A DNA stretch of 64,000 nt from the NCBI GenBank assembly GCA_037305845.1, contig CP147778.1:672001-736000 (forward strand), given 5' to 3'. The position numbers and the translations under genes are program-made. Below the pieces are notes generated by a model. The model worked only from the letters and a program-made list of their open reading frames with translations. It was not told the origin of the DNA and searched no databases. The DNA is from Candidatus Freyarchaeum deiterrae. GTDB taxonomy: Archaea; Asgardarchaeota; Jordiarchaeia; Jordiarchaeales; Jordiarchaeaceae. Position 1 is the stretch's first letter, and each line of letters opens with the position of its first letter. This document shows positions 27,952-38,485 of the stretch, one piece after another.

Positions 27952-29469
27952 TTATTCCGTTAACTCGTAGGCGAGGTTCTCTATTTTTATTTCTATTCCT
28001 TTTTCGGTTAGGGAGTAAAGTCTCTTCTTGTATTTTCGGTATTCGTCCAAAGTCATCAGTATAACGTGTTCTCCCTCTTCTACCGCGTGGAAGAGTCTTC
28101 CAGCCCTCTGCCCTTCTTGTCTACGTGACCCAAACAGATAATCGTATTCTATTACTCTCTGTATCTCTGGGAGGCTGATTCCCTCGTCGCCCACGCGGCT
28201 AAGTATGACGAATCCATCTTTATCCAGTGCAGACCGTACGGTTTCGAGACGGTTTTTCGTTTCGCCGTTGATAAATGTTCCACTGAACCTGTTGGCTATT
28301 GCTTCCCCTTTTTTGAGATTGTCGCAGTATACTAATGTGACTCTCGGCACCATCATCAAGCTGTCTAACTGGGATAGTTTCTCAGTTTCTTCCCTAACAA
28401 TTATTAAATTCACCGTAGGCTTCTTAACCAGCCCCTTCTTGAAAAAGTAGCCCCAAGACACACCGATAGGATATCCTGTGAGGGCGAATATTAACTCGGA
28501 ACGCCCATCCTCCCTGTAGGGGCTGCCACTTAGTCCTATGGTGTACTTTCTCTTAAGAAAGCTGATTATGCTGAAAACATTGCTGGGCAGGTGATGCACT
28601 TCATCGAATACAATAAGACTGTAGGCCTTCTCCGCAGATTCTTTAACAGCGGAATGATAAGTCACTATTTTTACCTCACTAGGATCCACATCCAATTGAT
28701 TCTTTATACGCTCCGCCCATTGCTCCCTCAGTGTAACTGTTGGAACAACCACCAGTTTTTCACCTCTGATTTTCCCAATAGCATAGAGACCAAGCATACT
28801 CTTACCGGCACCATAAGGATAGAATATGCCTACGTGACTATATTTAAGGAAAAGCTCCCAAGCCTCCTTCTGATAATCCCTCAGCTTAAACTTGACCCTT
28901 TCCTCCCCAAGGATATCGTCAGCATTCACTGGAGTAGGACTAAACGGCATAACTCCATCTTTCAGAAGCTCAATCACCAGCGAGAACTTCTTAGGACTCT
29001 TAATCTGGAACGATTTTTCATCTATTTGTCGGCCGATAAAGAGCTGGTACTTCTTTTTAAAAATTTTAACGTCTCCTTCTTCCAGTACTGCGATATTGTG
29101 TTCCGAGTCCAAAGCCACCCTGAATTCAGGCAGCTCAATACCAAGTTCATCCTTAAGTACAGCCGGCAGGGGAGTGAGCCAGTCAACGTATCGGTTAACT
29201 CGATAAACGTTATATGATTCCGTCTGAAATTCCAACCACCCCACTTCCAAGGGTATGAAGCGCGGGATAAAGAGCCGCCACTCTCCCTGCTTGTATGGAA
29301 CAATAGCGTAGGGCTTCCTTACAAATGCTAAAACCTCATCACTCCTGATTTCCTGCCAGAGCGAAGCGTTAAATTGCCTGCTGACTGCCTGCACCGCGTC
29401 TTTCTCGGTTTCCTCCATCTGCTTCTTGAATTCGTCCAGCCTCAACCTAATTTCTGTCAAACCGTCCAT
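27952..29469 (-). CDS. XPB/Rad25-like superfamily 2 helicase
   Basis: LRDYQ, PYGAGKS, DEVHH, GLSGSPYREDG, SRVGDEGISLP, SRRQEGQRAGR; start ATG after GAGGTG. Confidence 0.88.
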   Translation of the reverse strand: MDGLTEIRLRLDEFKKQMEETEKDAVQAVSRQFNASLWQEIRSDEVLAFVRKPYAIVPYKQGEWRLFIPRFIPLEVGWLEFQTESYNVYRVNRYVDWLTPLPAVLKDELGIELPEFRVALDSEHNIAVLEEGDVKIFKKKYQLFIGRQIDEKSFQIKSPKKFSLVIELLKDGVMPFSPTPVNADDILGEERVKFKLRDYQKEAWELFLKYSHVGIFYPYGAGKSMLGLYAIGKIRGEKLVVVPTVTLREQWAERIKNQLDVDPSEVKIVTYHSAVKESAEKAYSLIVFDEVHHLPSNVFSIISFLKRKYTIGLSGSPYREDGRSELIFALTGYPIGVSWGYFFKKGLVKKPTVNLIIVREETEKLSQLDSLMMVPRVTLVYCDNLKKGEAIANRFSGTFINGETKNRLETVRSALDKDGFVILSRVGDEGISLPEIQRVIEYDYLFGSRRQEGQRAGRLFHAVEEGEHVILMTLDEYRKYKKRLYSLTEKGIEIKIENLAYELTE

Positions 29470-29835
29470 ACATTGCACCTCTCACTAGGCATACAATTTT
29501 GAAATATAGCAGTTGGTAACATCCCAAGATGCATCATATCTTCCTAGTCTCCCAACGAGCATACCATCTCGTATGCAGAACAAAATTGAAAAAACGCCTT
29601 CTTTTTCTCCCTCAGGTACAAGTCCAACACTTAATTCTCCACTAGAATATTTAAAGCTAATCAAATTAAAACATGTTTTTAATTTGTCTTAGCGAGGATT
29701 TATTTTAATCTTAAACTTGCGGATAGATTAGCCAGAATTAACAACGCTCAAGCATGTATGAAGCATGAAAAGCTGACCAGCGGCATCTTTAATTGGCAAG
29801 ACACACCCAAAAGATAGCTAAAGAAGTGAGAAGAG

Positions 29836-30390
29836 ATGACGGAAGAAGAAATTGATCTGAGTGATATCTTAAGGGAGATTGTAAAAGAGTCAAAGTCCGA
29901 GACCGTGGACCTTGTCGTTGAACATAAGTTACGGGGTGTTACACCAGAGATGATTGACTGGTGGTGGGACCACATCGATAACACGGAACGCTACAAGTTG
30001 TGGAACCCCGAAGACCACGTTTCGTTCAGATGGGAAGCCCCACCAAGCAGGCATAGACACGTCGGAGCTATTCAAGTCGCTGTAGAAAAAATTGGTGAAA
30101 CCCCACCCATCAAATTACGCATCCGCTGGGAGGATCCAGGTTCGGTGCCCATTTCCACAACTTACAGCCATGTCAATGCGGGGAGCATCATAGACCAAGA
30201 CAATAAGCCCTTAATTTGGTTAGTTCACGAGTATGAGGCGGAGACCAATGGAACACGGATGCGTTCAACATTTCGATTTCCAGCACTGATACCTCCATCT
30301 ATCCTAGACGATATGCGCAACCATAATAAAGAAGAAATGGGGCAATTCCCTAAATTCCTTCCAAAACTGTACAAGCAAAAAGCCAGATGA
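29836..30390 (+). CDS. PhlG (DAPG hydrolase)-like START-fold protein
   Basis: GVTPEMIDWWW.H....RYKLW.P.DH, E.IG, H..EEM..F..FLP.LY. Confidence 0.75.
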   Translation: MTEEEIDLSDILREIVKESKSETVDLVVEHKLRGVTPEMIDWWWDHIDNTERYKLWNPEDHVSFRWEAPPSRHRHVGAIQVAVEKIGETPPIKLRIRWEDPGSVPISTTYSHVNAGSIIDQDNKPLIWLVHEYEAETNGTRMRSTFRFPALIPPSILDDMRNHNKEEMGQFPKFLPKLYKQKAR

Positions 30391-30670
30391 AATTATGAAG
30401 CAAATCTCACATCCATGTACCTTGCAAATACTTAACCTGCTTATAGGGAACAATGGAAGTAGTCTTATTTACAATGGTTAAAGCCTCATCACTTTTTAAA
30501 CCCCTGCCAGAGCGAAGCGCAGCACCTGATTATTGAATCTTGTAAACCTTTTTTGAGGCTTATTTTTTGTTTTTTGGGAGGAAAGGCTATTATTGGGCTT
30601 TTTTAATTGTATCTCACTTTTCATTGCTAACCAAAACCTTTGGATTCTCTCGTACCTTTCATTGTGGTGA

Positions 30671-31828
30671 TTGCTTTTGAACGCACGTGAACGGGTTCTG
30701 TGTGCTTTGAATAGGGAGGAGCCGGACAGAGTTCCAACTTTCGAGGTCGGCATCACAAATGATAGTATCTCAGAGAAGGTTGCGGGCACCAGTTTAACTA
30801 AGGGCACCATAAGGGCAGCCTGGGACATGAGGCACACTCTTTTCTGGCGATACAAGAGACACAAACGCACCATGAAGTATTCACCCGACCTATACGCGAA
30901 AGTCATCGCAGTCTTATCGAAAATCGGCTTCGACAGCTGCTCCCTAGGAGTACTGCCACAGTTCACCAAGTGCAAGTACCCGACATGGGACACTTACATC
31001 GACGAGTACGGGAGAAAATTCCAGCTCATGGAACTAAATGAAACCGAGATGGGATTCTACACGGGAGGAGCCTTCAAATCACCCAACGACTACTACGCCT
31101 GGGGAAACATCGACCCACACCACCCGATAAGGGAGAGAATCTACAAGAAAGCCGTGGAAGCTGTGGGGGACAGAATCTTCATAATGCCGGGAATAATGGG
31201 ATTCTTCGAATCCACCTGGGAAATATTCGGGTTCAAAACCTTCGCCAAACTCTTCTACCAGAACCAAAAATTCATACAAAGGGTTTTCGACGACCACAAG
31301 AGACTGGCGATTGAAACTGCAAAATACATGATGGACCTGGGAGCCGAGGCGCTAGTAGTATATGACGACTACGGCTACAAAACCGGACCCTTCATTTCAC
31401 CCAAAGATTTCCGACACTATGTATACCCCTGCCTAAAGGAATTCACACGAACCTGCCACAATCGAGGAGTCAAAGTTCTCCTCCACAGCGACGGCAACCT
31501 AAACCAGATACTCGAAGACATTGTTGACGCGGGAATAGACGCCCTTCACCCCTGGGAGCCACAGGCAAACATGGACATAGTAGAGGGTAAAAAGAAGTAC
31601 GGAAACAAAATCTGCGTCGTGGGAAATGTGGACCCCATGTACACCTTAAGCGAAGCTCCAGTAGAATTCGTAAGGGAAGAAGTGCTCAAACTGCTGAAAA
31701 ACGTGGCACCAGGAGGAGGCTATATCCTGAGTTCGGGTCACAGCGTACATCCAAGAGTGAAGTATGAGAATCTCATGGAAATGATGAAAACAGTGCAAAG
31801 GTATGGAAAGTACCCAATCCAAATCTGA
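30671..31828 (+). CDS. Uroporphyrinogen decarboxylase / MtaA-CmuA family protein
   Basis: RERV..AL..EEPDRVP, DDYG, HSDGN, GNVD, GGGYILSSGHSV. Confidence 0.9.
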   Translation: MLLNARERVLCALNREEPDRVPTFEVGITNDSISEKVAGTSLTKGTIRAAWDMRHTLFWRYKRHKRTMKYSPDLYAKVIAVLSKIGFDSCSLGVLPQFTKCKYPTWDTYIDEYGRKFQLMELNETEMGFYTGGAFKSPNDYYAWGNIDPHHPIRERIYKKAVEAVGDRIFIMPGIMGFFESTWEIFGFKTFAKLFYQNQKFIQRVFDDHKRLAIETAKYMMDLGAEALVVYDDYGYKTGPFISPKDFRHYVYPCLKEFTRTCHNRGVKVLLHSDGNLNQILEDIVDAGIDALHPWEPQANMDIVEGKKKYGNKICVVGNVDPMYTLSEAPVEFVREEVLKLLKNVAPGGGYILSSGHSVHPRVKYENLMEMMKTVQRYGKYPIQI

Positions 31829-31913
31829 GAAAATTATCCAGTTTGAGAATATTTACCACTAAATTCAGTGTAACTGGTTCCACATATATTAGAGAAGCCT
31901 TATTCCAGAGCAT

Positions 31914-32189
31914 CTAATCCTCTTGCACACTCAACCACAAATCTGATTTTGAAATATGGGAATAATCAGGTTTCCCAGACCTCTTAATCGTCTTAGAACC
32001 CAAATTCACAAGAAAATCCAAAATCTTTTCTTCCTTTCCACCTTTCCCATTAGATTCAACCATTAATCCCGCAATTTTGCTACCAAGAAGAATCCAGCGG
32101 ACAGCATCCCCTTCCTTGATACCAAGTGCGTCTCTAACCTCCTTAGGAATACGAACTCTCATCTTAGAGTCAACCTTGAAACTCACCAT
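31914..32189 (-). CDS. AbrB/MazE/SpoVT-family DNA-binding protein (orphan antitoxin-like)
   Basis: KVDSKMRVRIPKEVRDALGIKEGD; SD GGTGGAG. Confidence 0.85.
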   Translation of the reverse strand: MVSFKVDSKMRVRIPKEVRDALGIKEGDAVRWILLGSKIAGLMVESNGKGGKEEKILDFLVNLGSKTIKRSGKPDYSHISKSDLWLSVQED

Positions 32190-32297
32190 CTACTCCACCG
32201 TTCACAAAAGGGAAGGTGAGAACTAATAAAAGTTCCCTAAATGTTCAGCAAGTACCAGACCAGAAGAATAATATAGAATTTAATAAAACATATACGT

Positions 32298-32459
32298 ATG
32301 AAAAAAGTTTCTTCAAAAGTGGGAAAGGCTCTCCTAGAGGAACTTGACAGAATCTCAAAAAAGAGAGGCGTTCCGTCAAAAGCGCATGGTAGTGTCATTT
32401 TCCCGCTCTTATTGGTGGGTTTTGATTACTGCTGTTTTCTTGTGGGTTTTTTGTTGTAG
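32298..32459 (+). pseudogene. Truncated CopG/RHH-like gene (MKKVSSKVGKALLEELDRISKKRGV...)
   Basis: First ~26 aa fit an RHH strand plus helix A; the rest is read-through antisense to the next gene. Confidence 0.4.
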
Positions 32460-32618
32460 GTATTTTTGGTGAGCTTCTCTGGACTGTTCGGGGGTGAAGT
32501 ATGAGAATCCGCATCGTGGGCACCTGTATCCTTCTGATTCGTAGGTGATTTTGTCCACCTTAACTTTGAGTAGTGCTTTTTGCATTTCGCTATTATCGAA
32601 AGGACATGTTTCCGTCAT
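32409..32618 (-). CDS. YgiT/MqsA-type zinc-ribbon protein (putative antitoxin)
   Basis: CPFD..EM...YRCPRCG..YFTPE; 4-nt overlap with the upstream gene. Confidence 0.7.
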   Translation of the reverse strand: MTETCPFDNSEMQKALLKVKVDKITYESEGYRCPRCGFSYFTPEQSREAHQKYLQQKTHKKTAVIKTHQ

Positions 32619-32929
32619 TTTCTTGCTCTCTTGCTTGTTGTTTCATGTAATCCCATGACATATATCCTTAATAATTTTTCTTTCTTCCTCATGAAGAACC
32701 ATACTGTGTCCAGTTTGCCTCTGTGTTGCCGTTTCCCCGTATAAACCGCTATTTTTCCATATTTGCTTCTCCAAGTCTTTGAATAAGTGTAATCGCCCTT
32801 TCGTACAATATCCGTTACGATGCTCACCACTGCGTCTATGGAGATCCCCAGCTTGTCTATGTGAATTTGAGCTTTTGGTAATATTACTACTTTTATTATC
32901 ATTTTAGACCAGCCTGAAAACCAGAACAA
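32615..32929 (-). CDS. Small basic protein, putative RelE/DUF4258-like toxin
   Basis: Very basic ~95-aa ORF translationally coupled (ATGA) to a YgiT zinc finger, the typical arrangement. Confidence 0.5.
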   Translation of the reverse strand: MFWFSGWSKMIIKVVILPKAQIHIDKLGISIDAVVSIVTDIVRKGDYTYSKTWRSKYGKIAVYTGKRQHRGKLDTVWFFMRKKEKLLRIYVMGLHETTSKRARK

Positions 32930-33369
32930 TCAGAACACTCAGGTTTAAACCTAATAGTATCAAATCAAATTTATAAACCACCAGTTTCAGCACGAAATAA
33001 ATGAGGAAGAGGGCATTTCTGCTCAATCAGGACACCATACGGAGAGCGAACAGGTGTGCTTTAAACTCGCACTATGAATGGTAAAATTTTCGTATCACAT
33101 GAATCATTTTTCAGCTTCATGCATTTTATGTTTGTGGTATCCGATCTCATGCAGTAATACGAAGTCGAAGACGGCGTGAAATTAAAGATATTAGAGGTAA
33201 CTAGCTAAAAAAAAGAAAATGAAGTTTTTTAAATTTTAACTCCTTTAGCTTTTGGAGATTTCATATTAGAGAGTATCAAGTTCTTGACAGTTTTACACAC
33301 AACATTTTAGATAGCAACTTGTTTAATCCCGTGTCAGACTATCTCGGCGCTCTCTCTTTTCTCTGCGTC

Positions 33370-34041
33370 TTAGACTTTGAATATTTTTCCTTTACAGTTT
33401 GGGTTACCAAATTTTTGAAGCTCATATTCAAAAGGTTCGCCGGTGGTTAGTCCGAGGTCTGCTACAGCGTAGCGTAGTAGGGCGCACCAAGGCCTTCCAC
33501 CAACTCTTACCAGTTTTTCCTTTATAGATGCTTCACAAGCGTCTCTGCAGTGACAATTGTAAACGGTGCAATTCGCCTGTTCGTCGCTCACCAATTCGTA
33601 GCCGAAATCTGGCATGAATCTACCATTCCTAACTCCTTCTTGGCACTTTTTCATCGCATCAGCAAGGGAAACAGCAGATACGACTCCGCCATCATCCTGT
33701 CTCTCTTTTTCGGCAACACTGCTGGTTGCGAGGCGGGTACTGGTGCCAGTTCCACCCTGAAGCGAGGATTCAGCTTTAATAAGACCATAGAGCATCGCAC
33801 AGTAGCTGTGAGGGTACCTCTCAAGGTTCCGCTTTAAGTAATCCTTCACCTGGTCAAAGCTTACAACGTCTTTGGGTATCTTTTCACGAAGCTTCTTCGA
33901 TTCAAAGTCCAAAGCGTACTTAGTAGCAAGATTATAGAAAACCGGACCATAAATCTTCGCTTGCCTATCCACAAAAAAGGCTAATACATCCACAAATTTC
34001 GATCCATCAATCTCTATAGGAGGATGCTCACTATCCGACAT
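33370..34041 (-). CDS. Cys4 V4R/MetOD-like family paralogue 7 (divergent, outside the array)
   Basis: KIYGPVF...YAL.FE.KKL, RYP.SYCA..YG..KAE..LQG, NCHCRDAC, RVGG..WC, EYEL..F..P.CKGKIF.V. Confidence 0.85.
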   Translation of the reverse strand: MSDSEHPPIEIDGSKFVDVLAFFVDRQAKIYGPVFYNLATKYALDFESKKLREKIPKDVVSFDQVKDYLKRNLERYPHSYCAMLYGLIKAESSLQGGTGTSTRLATSSVAEKERQDDGGVVSAVSLADAMKKCQEGVRNGRFMPDFGYELVSDEQANCTVYNCHCRDACEASIKEKLVRVGGRPWCALLRYAVADLGLTTGEPFEYELQKFGNPNCKGKIFKV

Positions 34042-34275
34042 TTTGAACCACCCCTAAGTAGATTATAGGGTAGTTATGACTAAAAAATCTTTGCCGCAGC
34101 ATCTGAAACAATATCCGAACAGCAGCCAACGAATTCTTGATTTTGAAAAAGCCAGATTCCACCAAAAATACAAAAAGCCCCACCAAACAACAAAAACACA
34201 TTAAAAGCAGCTCATACCAAATAGACCAATAACAAAAACACTCCCTCAAAAAAATATGAAAAACAAAATCTACAA

Positions 34276-34488
34276 TCACCCAACCCACGCTTCCCTCAAC
34301 TCGGAAACGAATCCATCCTCGTCCACAGCTATTCTCTTCTTAACCTCCCTCCATGCAGCAGAACAGTCCTTATACTCCACACCCACAATGCTATGAATAA
34401 CCCGGTCAACCTCCCTCTTGTTCTCACTAGTAACAGTTATCCCAGCCTTAGCGAAAATATCCTGAATATGCCTAAAATAGCAGGTCAC
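34276..34488 (-). CDS. Small hypothetical protein (MTCYFRH...IH.IVGVEYKDCS..W.EVK)
   Basis: GTG at 34488 after GGGGTGG; the track ORF's extra N-terminus looks non-coding; Cys/His pattern may bind metal. Confidence 0.65.
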   Translation of the reverse strand: MTCYFRHIQDIFAKAGITVTSENKREVDRVIHSIVGVEYKDCSAAWREVKKRIAVDEDGFVSELREAWVG

Positions 34489-34632
34489 ATCAACCACCCC
34501 AAAATATAAACGAACCTCCAAAATTAAAAATTGTTCCCACCCATAATTGAGCCAAGCCGATTTAGTGGTTGAGCAAGATTTATTTCCAGAAAATGCCTCC
34601 GTTAATAAGAATCTAAAAGAAAGAAGCAAGCC

Positions 34633-34953
34633 ATGAGGCAAAAACAGATGGACAAATTAGATAAAAGCAACGCCCTTGAAGTGAATTGCGTAAGAGACGA
34701 ATACATACACGTATCCAAGCAACCCTGCGAAAGCTGCAACAGAAAAAACGCATACAAGCTCTGCACCCAGCACCTAATCCAAAGCGAAGACAGAAGCTAC
34801 GACATACTGGACACCGAGTGCCAGTACTGCGGCTACAAAAAACACTTCACATTCGACATAACAGAATGCTTCCAAAACCCCGAAAAACAACTATCAGCCA
34901 TGCTCAAAGACCTAGACAAACACGACGAACTAGACTGGGACAGCGAAACCTAA
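34633..34953 (+). CDS. Zinc-ribbon protein (CESC...CQYC)
   Basis: Two CxxC pairs, acidic tail. Confidence 0.65.
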   Translation: MRQKQMDKLDKSNALEVNCVRDEYIHVSKQPCESCNRKNAYKLCTQHLIQSEDRSYDILDTECQYCGYKKHFTFDITECFQNPEKQLSAMLKDLDKHDELDWDSET

Positions 34954-35040
34954 ACCACACTATACTATTTTTCCCTTTGCTTTTCTCTACCGAATAAAAT
35001 ATTTGTAGGGCTTGGTTATCATTTAGAGAGTTTTCAGAGT

Positions 35041-36195
35041 CTAATTGGTTTTATTCGCCTCAATAAGTTCTTCTATGCCGAGAGAGCACCCCCTCGGTTT
35101 AGAACCAGCTGCCCTACCTAAGATTTCAAAACCATCACCCACCTCGTAACCGATATCGTCAGTTTGAACTGCCAAAACTGTACTCCTATTAGCCAAGTCG
35201 TAATGCTTTAACAAGCCTATCTCGCCTCTGGGTAAACGCTCCAATGTCTCTGGATCTACCACTACCGTTCTAGTCCAAGGATGGTTCGGTTTGTAACGGG
35301 GTTCGGATACACCATTGATTCTATTTTTGAGTGTATTATCGTAGAATATGGAAGCAGTCTCAGTTAACCCCAAAATATTAATGATATTATCTTCGGGTAT
35401 ACCTAATATTTGTGAAGCCATTTCAATAAAATCGGTCCTTTGAACCTCTCTACTTCTTCCTTTATATCCGCCACCATGCGACAATCTACTTCCTTTGGGC
35501 AAATTAAATTTAAGTCCCTCCTTTTTACAATAATCAAAAAATGGCACAAAACCAAAAGACGCTCCACCAAATATAATTGGTTCACCAGTTTTTTCAGCGG
35601 TTTTAAGTGAACCTAATAGCGTCTTCATATCCATTCCATCTTTGCTGATTAAGAATTTACTTTCTTCTGTCCCAAAGCGTCTTATCTCTAAATCTGAGGC
35701 ATAAACAAAACCTGAATTTGGAGCGAGTTCTGGTGGCGGGGATACCAAGACCATTTTTATTTTTTCCATATCTGGAAGTTCGTATTCTTTGAACGTTACT
35801 AGTGAAGAACTATCGAACAGTCTCATGTTCAATCCATCTCTATAAATTTTTCCGCGTTGGTCTGGATTACTTGTTCCGCTTGTCATGAAAAGTCTTTCAT
35901 ATCGTTCGACGGGAAAACAAGCAATATCCGCATACTTGAATGAATCACTGGCCACGGCAGGAATTTCTTCCCAATTCCCAACATTGGAGGGTGTAATGCC
36001 TTTTTTATCGCAGTATTTTCTGTACGGTTTATTGTTATGGTACTGAAATAGAAACAATCTTAATGAAATATCATTGAATTCTGAACCATCAACTTTTCTA
36101 TTGTATCCAGTTTCAATCAGATTGTGAATATCTCTATCAAGACTTAACACAAATTCAGATTCTGGCGAATATTCCATTTTTGCTCCCCTTCCCAT
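35041..36195 (-). CDS. LuxE-family acyl-protein synthetase
   Basis: FQY..N..YR.YC, FMTSGTS, GGGYKGR, DLAN, QTDD.G, FEILGRA.G...RGCS (acylated Cys). Confidence 0.85.
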   Translation of the reverse strand: MGRGAKMEYSPESEFVLSLDRDIHNLIETGYNRKVDGSEFNDISLRLFLFQYHNNKPYRKYCDKKGITPSNVGNWEEIPAVASDSFKYADIACFPVERYERLFMTSGTSNPDQRGKIYRDGLNMRLFDSSSLVTFKEYELPDMEKIKMVLVSPPPELAPNSGFVYASDLEIRRFGTEESKFLISKDGMDMKTLLGSLKTAEKTGEPIIFGGASFGFVPFFDYCKKEGLKFNLPKGSRLSHGGGYKGRSREVQRTDFIEMASQILGIPEDNIINILGLTETASIFYDNTLKNRINGVSEPRYKPNHPWTRTVVVDPETLERLPRGEIGLLKHYDLANRSTVLAVQTDDIGYEVGDGFEILGRAAGSKPRGCSLGIEELIEANKTN

Positions 36196-36572
36196 TTTTC
36201 TAATGATATTATTATCATTGACTGGTTAATTTGCTAAAAGAAATGAATATCTCTAATTCTAACAATTTCTTTTTTTGCTGCTATCAGGTTATTTACTAGC
36301 AGATTTAGGTACACATACAATATCATTATCACTTTAGTACCTAAATTCAATTCTTCATACCCTATTTTAATCCGTTATTCTCCCAATTTTTTGTTTTATT
36401 TATCAAAGCGTTATAAAGCTCATAACATTTTCTTTATTTTTGTATATAAACCTTATCTTTTATGCTAACATTAATAAAAAATTAGGAAAATTAAATATTT
36501 ATTTAACAATGTTATAATTATGATCTTTTCACTCAAATCTCCTAAAGCAACTCCATACAGAAAACCGCTAAA

Positions 36573-37604
36573 CTACCGGTTAGGCTCAATAATCACTTTT
36601 ATGGAATCCTCAGCCTTAGCCACAAGCTTAAAGCCCAAACCCGCCTCAGCCAAACCCAAACGATGAGTAATCATATCATGAACATTCAAACCACAACCCC
36701 GAAGCAGCTCCAGCGAAGTTGAAAGATCACTGGGACCCGCACCATAAGACGTAGTCAAAGTAACCTCATTCCGCCACATATCATTAAAGTTCACCGGCAC
36801 ATTAACCGATGGCTCAGGCACCGCGAAAAACAGAATCGTACCACCACGGTCAACCGACTGCAAAGCAGTAACAGGAGCCGCCGGAGCACCAGTACAAACA
36901 ATCACCTTATCCACAAGCCGGCCACCATTCAGCTCCTTAACAAGCCCGGGAACATCCCTCTCCTTCCCAGCATCAATAACCGCAGCCGCACCAAAATGCT
37001 TCGCCGCATCCAAACGAAACCGACTAACATCACTAGCAAAAACACTAGCCGCACCAAGCAGCCGAGCCAACTGAATATGCAAAAGCCCCGAAATACCACT
37101 CCCAATCACAAAAACCGAGTCACCCGGCTTAACCCCAGCATTCCTCTGCCCACGCAAACAACAAGCCAAAGGCTCAATAAAAGTACCATCCTCAAAACTC
37201 ATATCATCAGGCAACAAGTAAATCCCACGATCAACCTGCAAACCAGGAACACGAACAAACTCCGCAAAACCCCCCGGATCAAAATTCGTAGTATGCAAAG
37301 TCTCACAAGCAGTATGATGACCCGTCAAACAGTAACGACAAGTATTACAAGGCACATGGTGAGAAACAAAAGCACGGTCCCCAACCCGGAACTTCTTAAC
37401 ACCAGAACCAAGCTCAACAAACTCACCAGTCATCTCATGACCCAGAACCCGGGGAGCCTTCTTAATCCGATACCACTCCATAACATCGCTCCCACAAATA
37501 CCACAAGCCATAGCCTTAACCAGAATCTCACCAGCACCGATTTTCGGCTTAGGCAACTCCTCCAAACGAACATCACTATTATTATAATACATAGCAACAC
37601 GCAT
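36573..37604 (-). CDS. Zn-dependent (MDR) polyol/alcohol dehydrogenase
   Basis: CGICGSD, GHE, CNTCRYC...C, EPLAC, GSGISG. Confidence 0.92.
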   Translation of the reverse strand: MRVAMYYNNSDVRLEELPKPKIGAGEILVKAMACGICGSDVMEWYRIKKAPRVLGHEMTGEFVELGSGVKKFRVGDRAFVSHHVPCNTCRYCLTGHHTACETLHTTNFDPGGFAEFVRVPGLQVDRGIYLLPDDMSFEDGTFIEPLACCLRGQRNAGVKPGDSVFVIGSGISGLLHIQLARLLGAASVFASDVSRFRLDAAKHFGAAAVIDAGKERDVPGLVKELNGGRLVDKVIVCTGAPAAPVTALQSVDRGGTILFFAVPEPSVNVPVNFNDMWRNEVTLTTSYGAGPSDLSTSLELLRGCGLNVHDMITHRLGLAEAGLGFKLVAKAEDSIKVIIEPNR

Positions 37605-37690
37605 AACAAAACCCCACAAACCAAATCATAACACAACACAAAAAGAAAAATTATATATTGGCGATAAAAGATTAAAGGCAATCGCTCACA

Positions 37691-38485
37691 CTAATCATTC
37701 TTCTGACCCTTAAGACTATTAAACAGCTCAAGAGCCTCGTCCGCAGTATAATTCTCCTGAACAACTGAGCGAATAGCACGAATCATAGGCACACTAAATT
37801 CGGACTGAAAAATGTTCCTTCCGAAATCAACGCCTATAGCGCCCGCCTGAATAGCATCATAGGATAACTTTATTGCGTCAGACTCAGGTATCTTTTTGCC
37901 TCCCGCAATAACTACGGGAACAGGACAGCCATCCACAACTTTTTCAAAGTCTTCACAGTAGTAGGTTTTAACTATGTGAGCCCCAAGCTCCGCGGCGATA
38001 CGACTAGCCAAACCCAAATAACGGGCGTCACGAGCCATCTCCCTGCCAACCGCAGTAACAGCCAGAACCGGCATACCGTACTCCTCGCCCTCATTAACGA
38101 GATGGGACAGGTTTACCAGTGTTTGCTTCTCGTGCGGTGAACCCACGTATACAGAAAGAGCCATCGCGCTAGCGTTCAGTCGAATAGCTTCCCTAACCGA
38201 AGTAGTAATCTCCTCATCTGACAGGTCTTCCTTAAGTATACTAATTCCACCAGACACCCTGAGCACAACCGGAGTCTGCATACCAGTATCCATAGTATTA
38301 CGAAGCATGCCCCGAGCCAACATCAATGCATCAGCATAAGGAATCAAAGGCCAAATAGTCTCCCGCGGCTTAATTAAGCCCTGAATGGCCCCCTGAAAAT
38401 AAGCGTGGTCTACTGCCAGCATTACTGTGTGTCCTGTTTTTGGGTTTATTATTCTTTGCAGTCGGTTTTTCATTCCCCAATCCAT
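37691..38485 (-). CDS. lsrF: LsrF-type thiolase / class I DhnA-family aldolase
   Basis: MDWGMKNRL, MLAVDH.YF.G, AAELGA.IVKTYY, PVVIAGGKK, GVD.GRNIFQS. Confidence 0.85.
   Translation of the reverse strand: MDWGMKNRLQRIINPKTGHTVMLAVDHAYFQGAIQGLIKPRETIWPLIPYADALMLARGMLRNTMDTGMQTPVVLRVSGGISILKEDLSDEEITTSVREAIRLNASAMALSVYVGSPHEKQTLVNLSHLVNEGEEYGMPVLAVTAVGREMARDARYLGLASRIAAELGAHIVKTYYCEDFEKVVDGCPVPVVIAGGKKIPESDAIKLSYDAIQAGAIGVDFGRNIFQSEFSVPMIRAIRSVVQENYTADEALELFNSLKGQKND

Noticed and set aside
36996-37631. 211-aa plus-strand ORF and other antisense/shadow ORFs (e.g. 187..408, 3389..3802, 10295..10756, 28591..29217, 30496..30993, 53320..53778, 58851..59405)
   Set aside because: They overlap well-supported genes, have biased low-complexity composition and no motifs; by-products of codon skew
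35041-38485. Bioluminescence or AI-2 quorum-sensing locus (LuxE plus LsrF)
   Set aside because: No luxAB/CD, luxS, lsrK/G or transporter; lsrF plus Zn-dehydrogenase is better read as sugar/polyol catabolism
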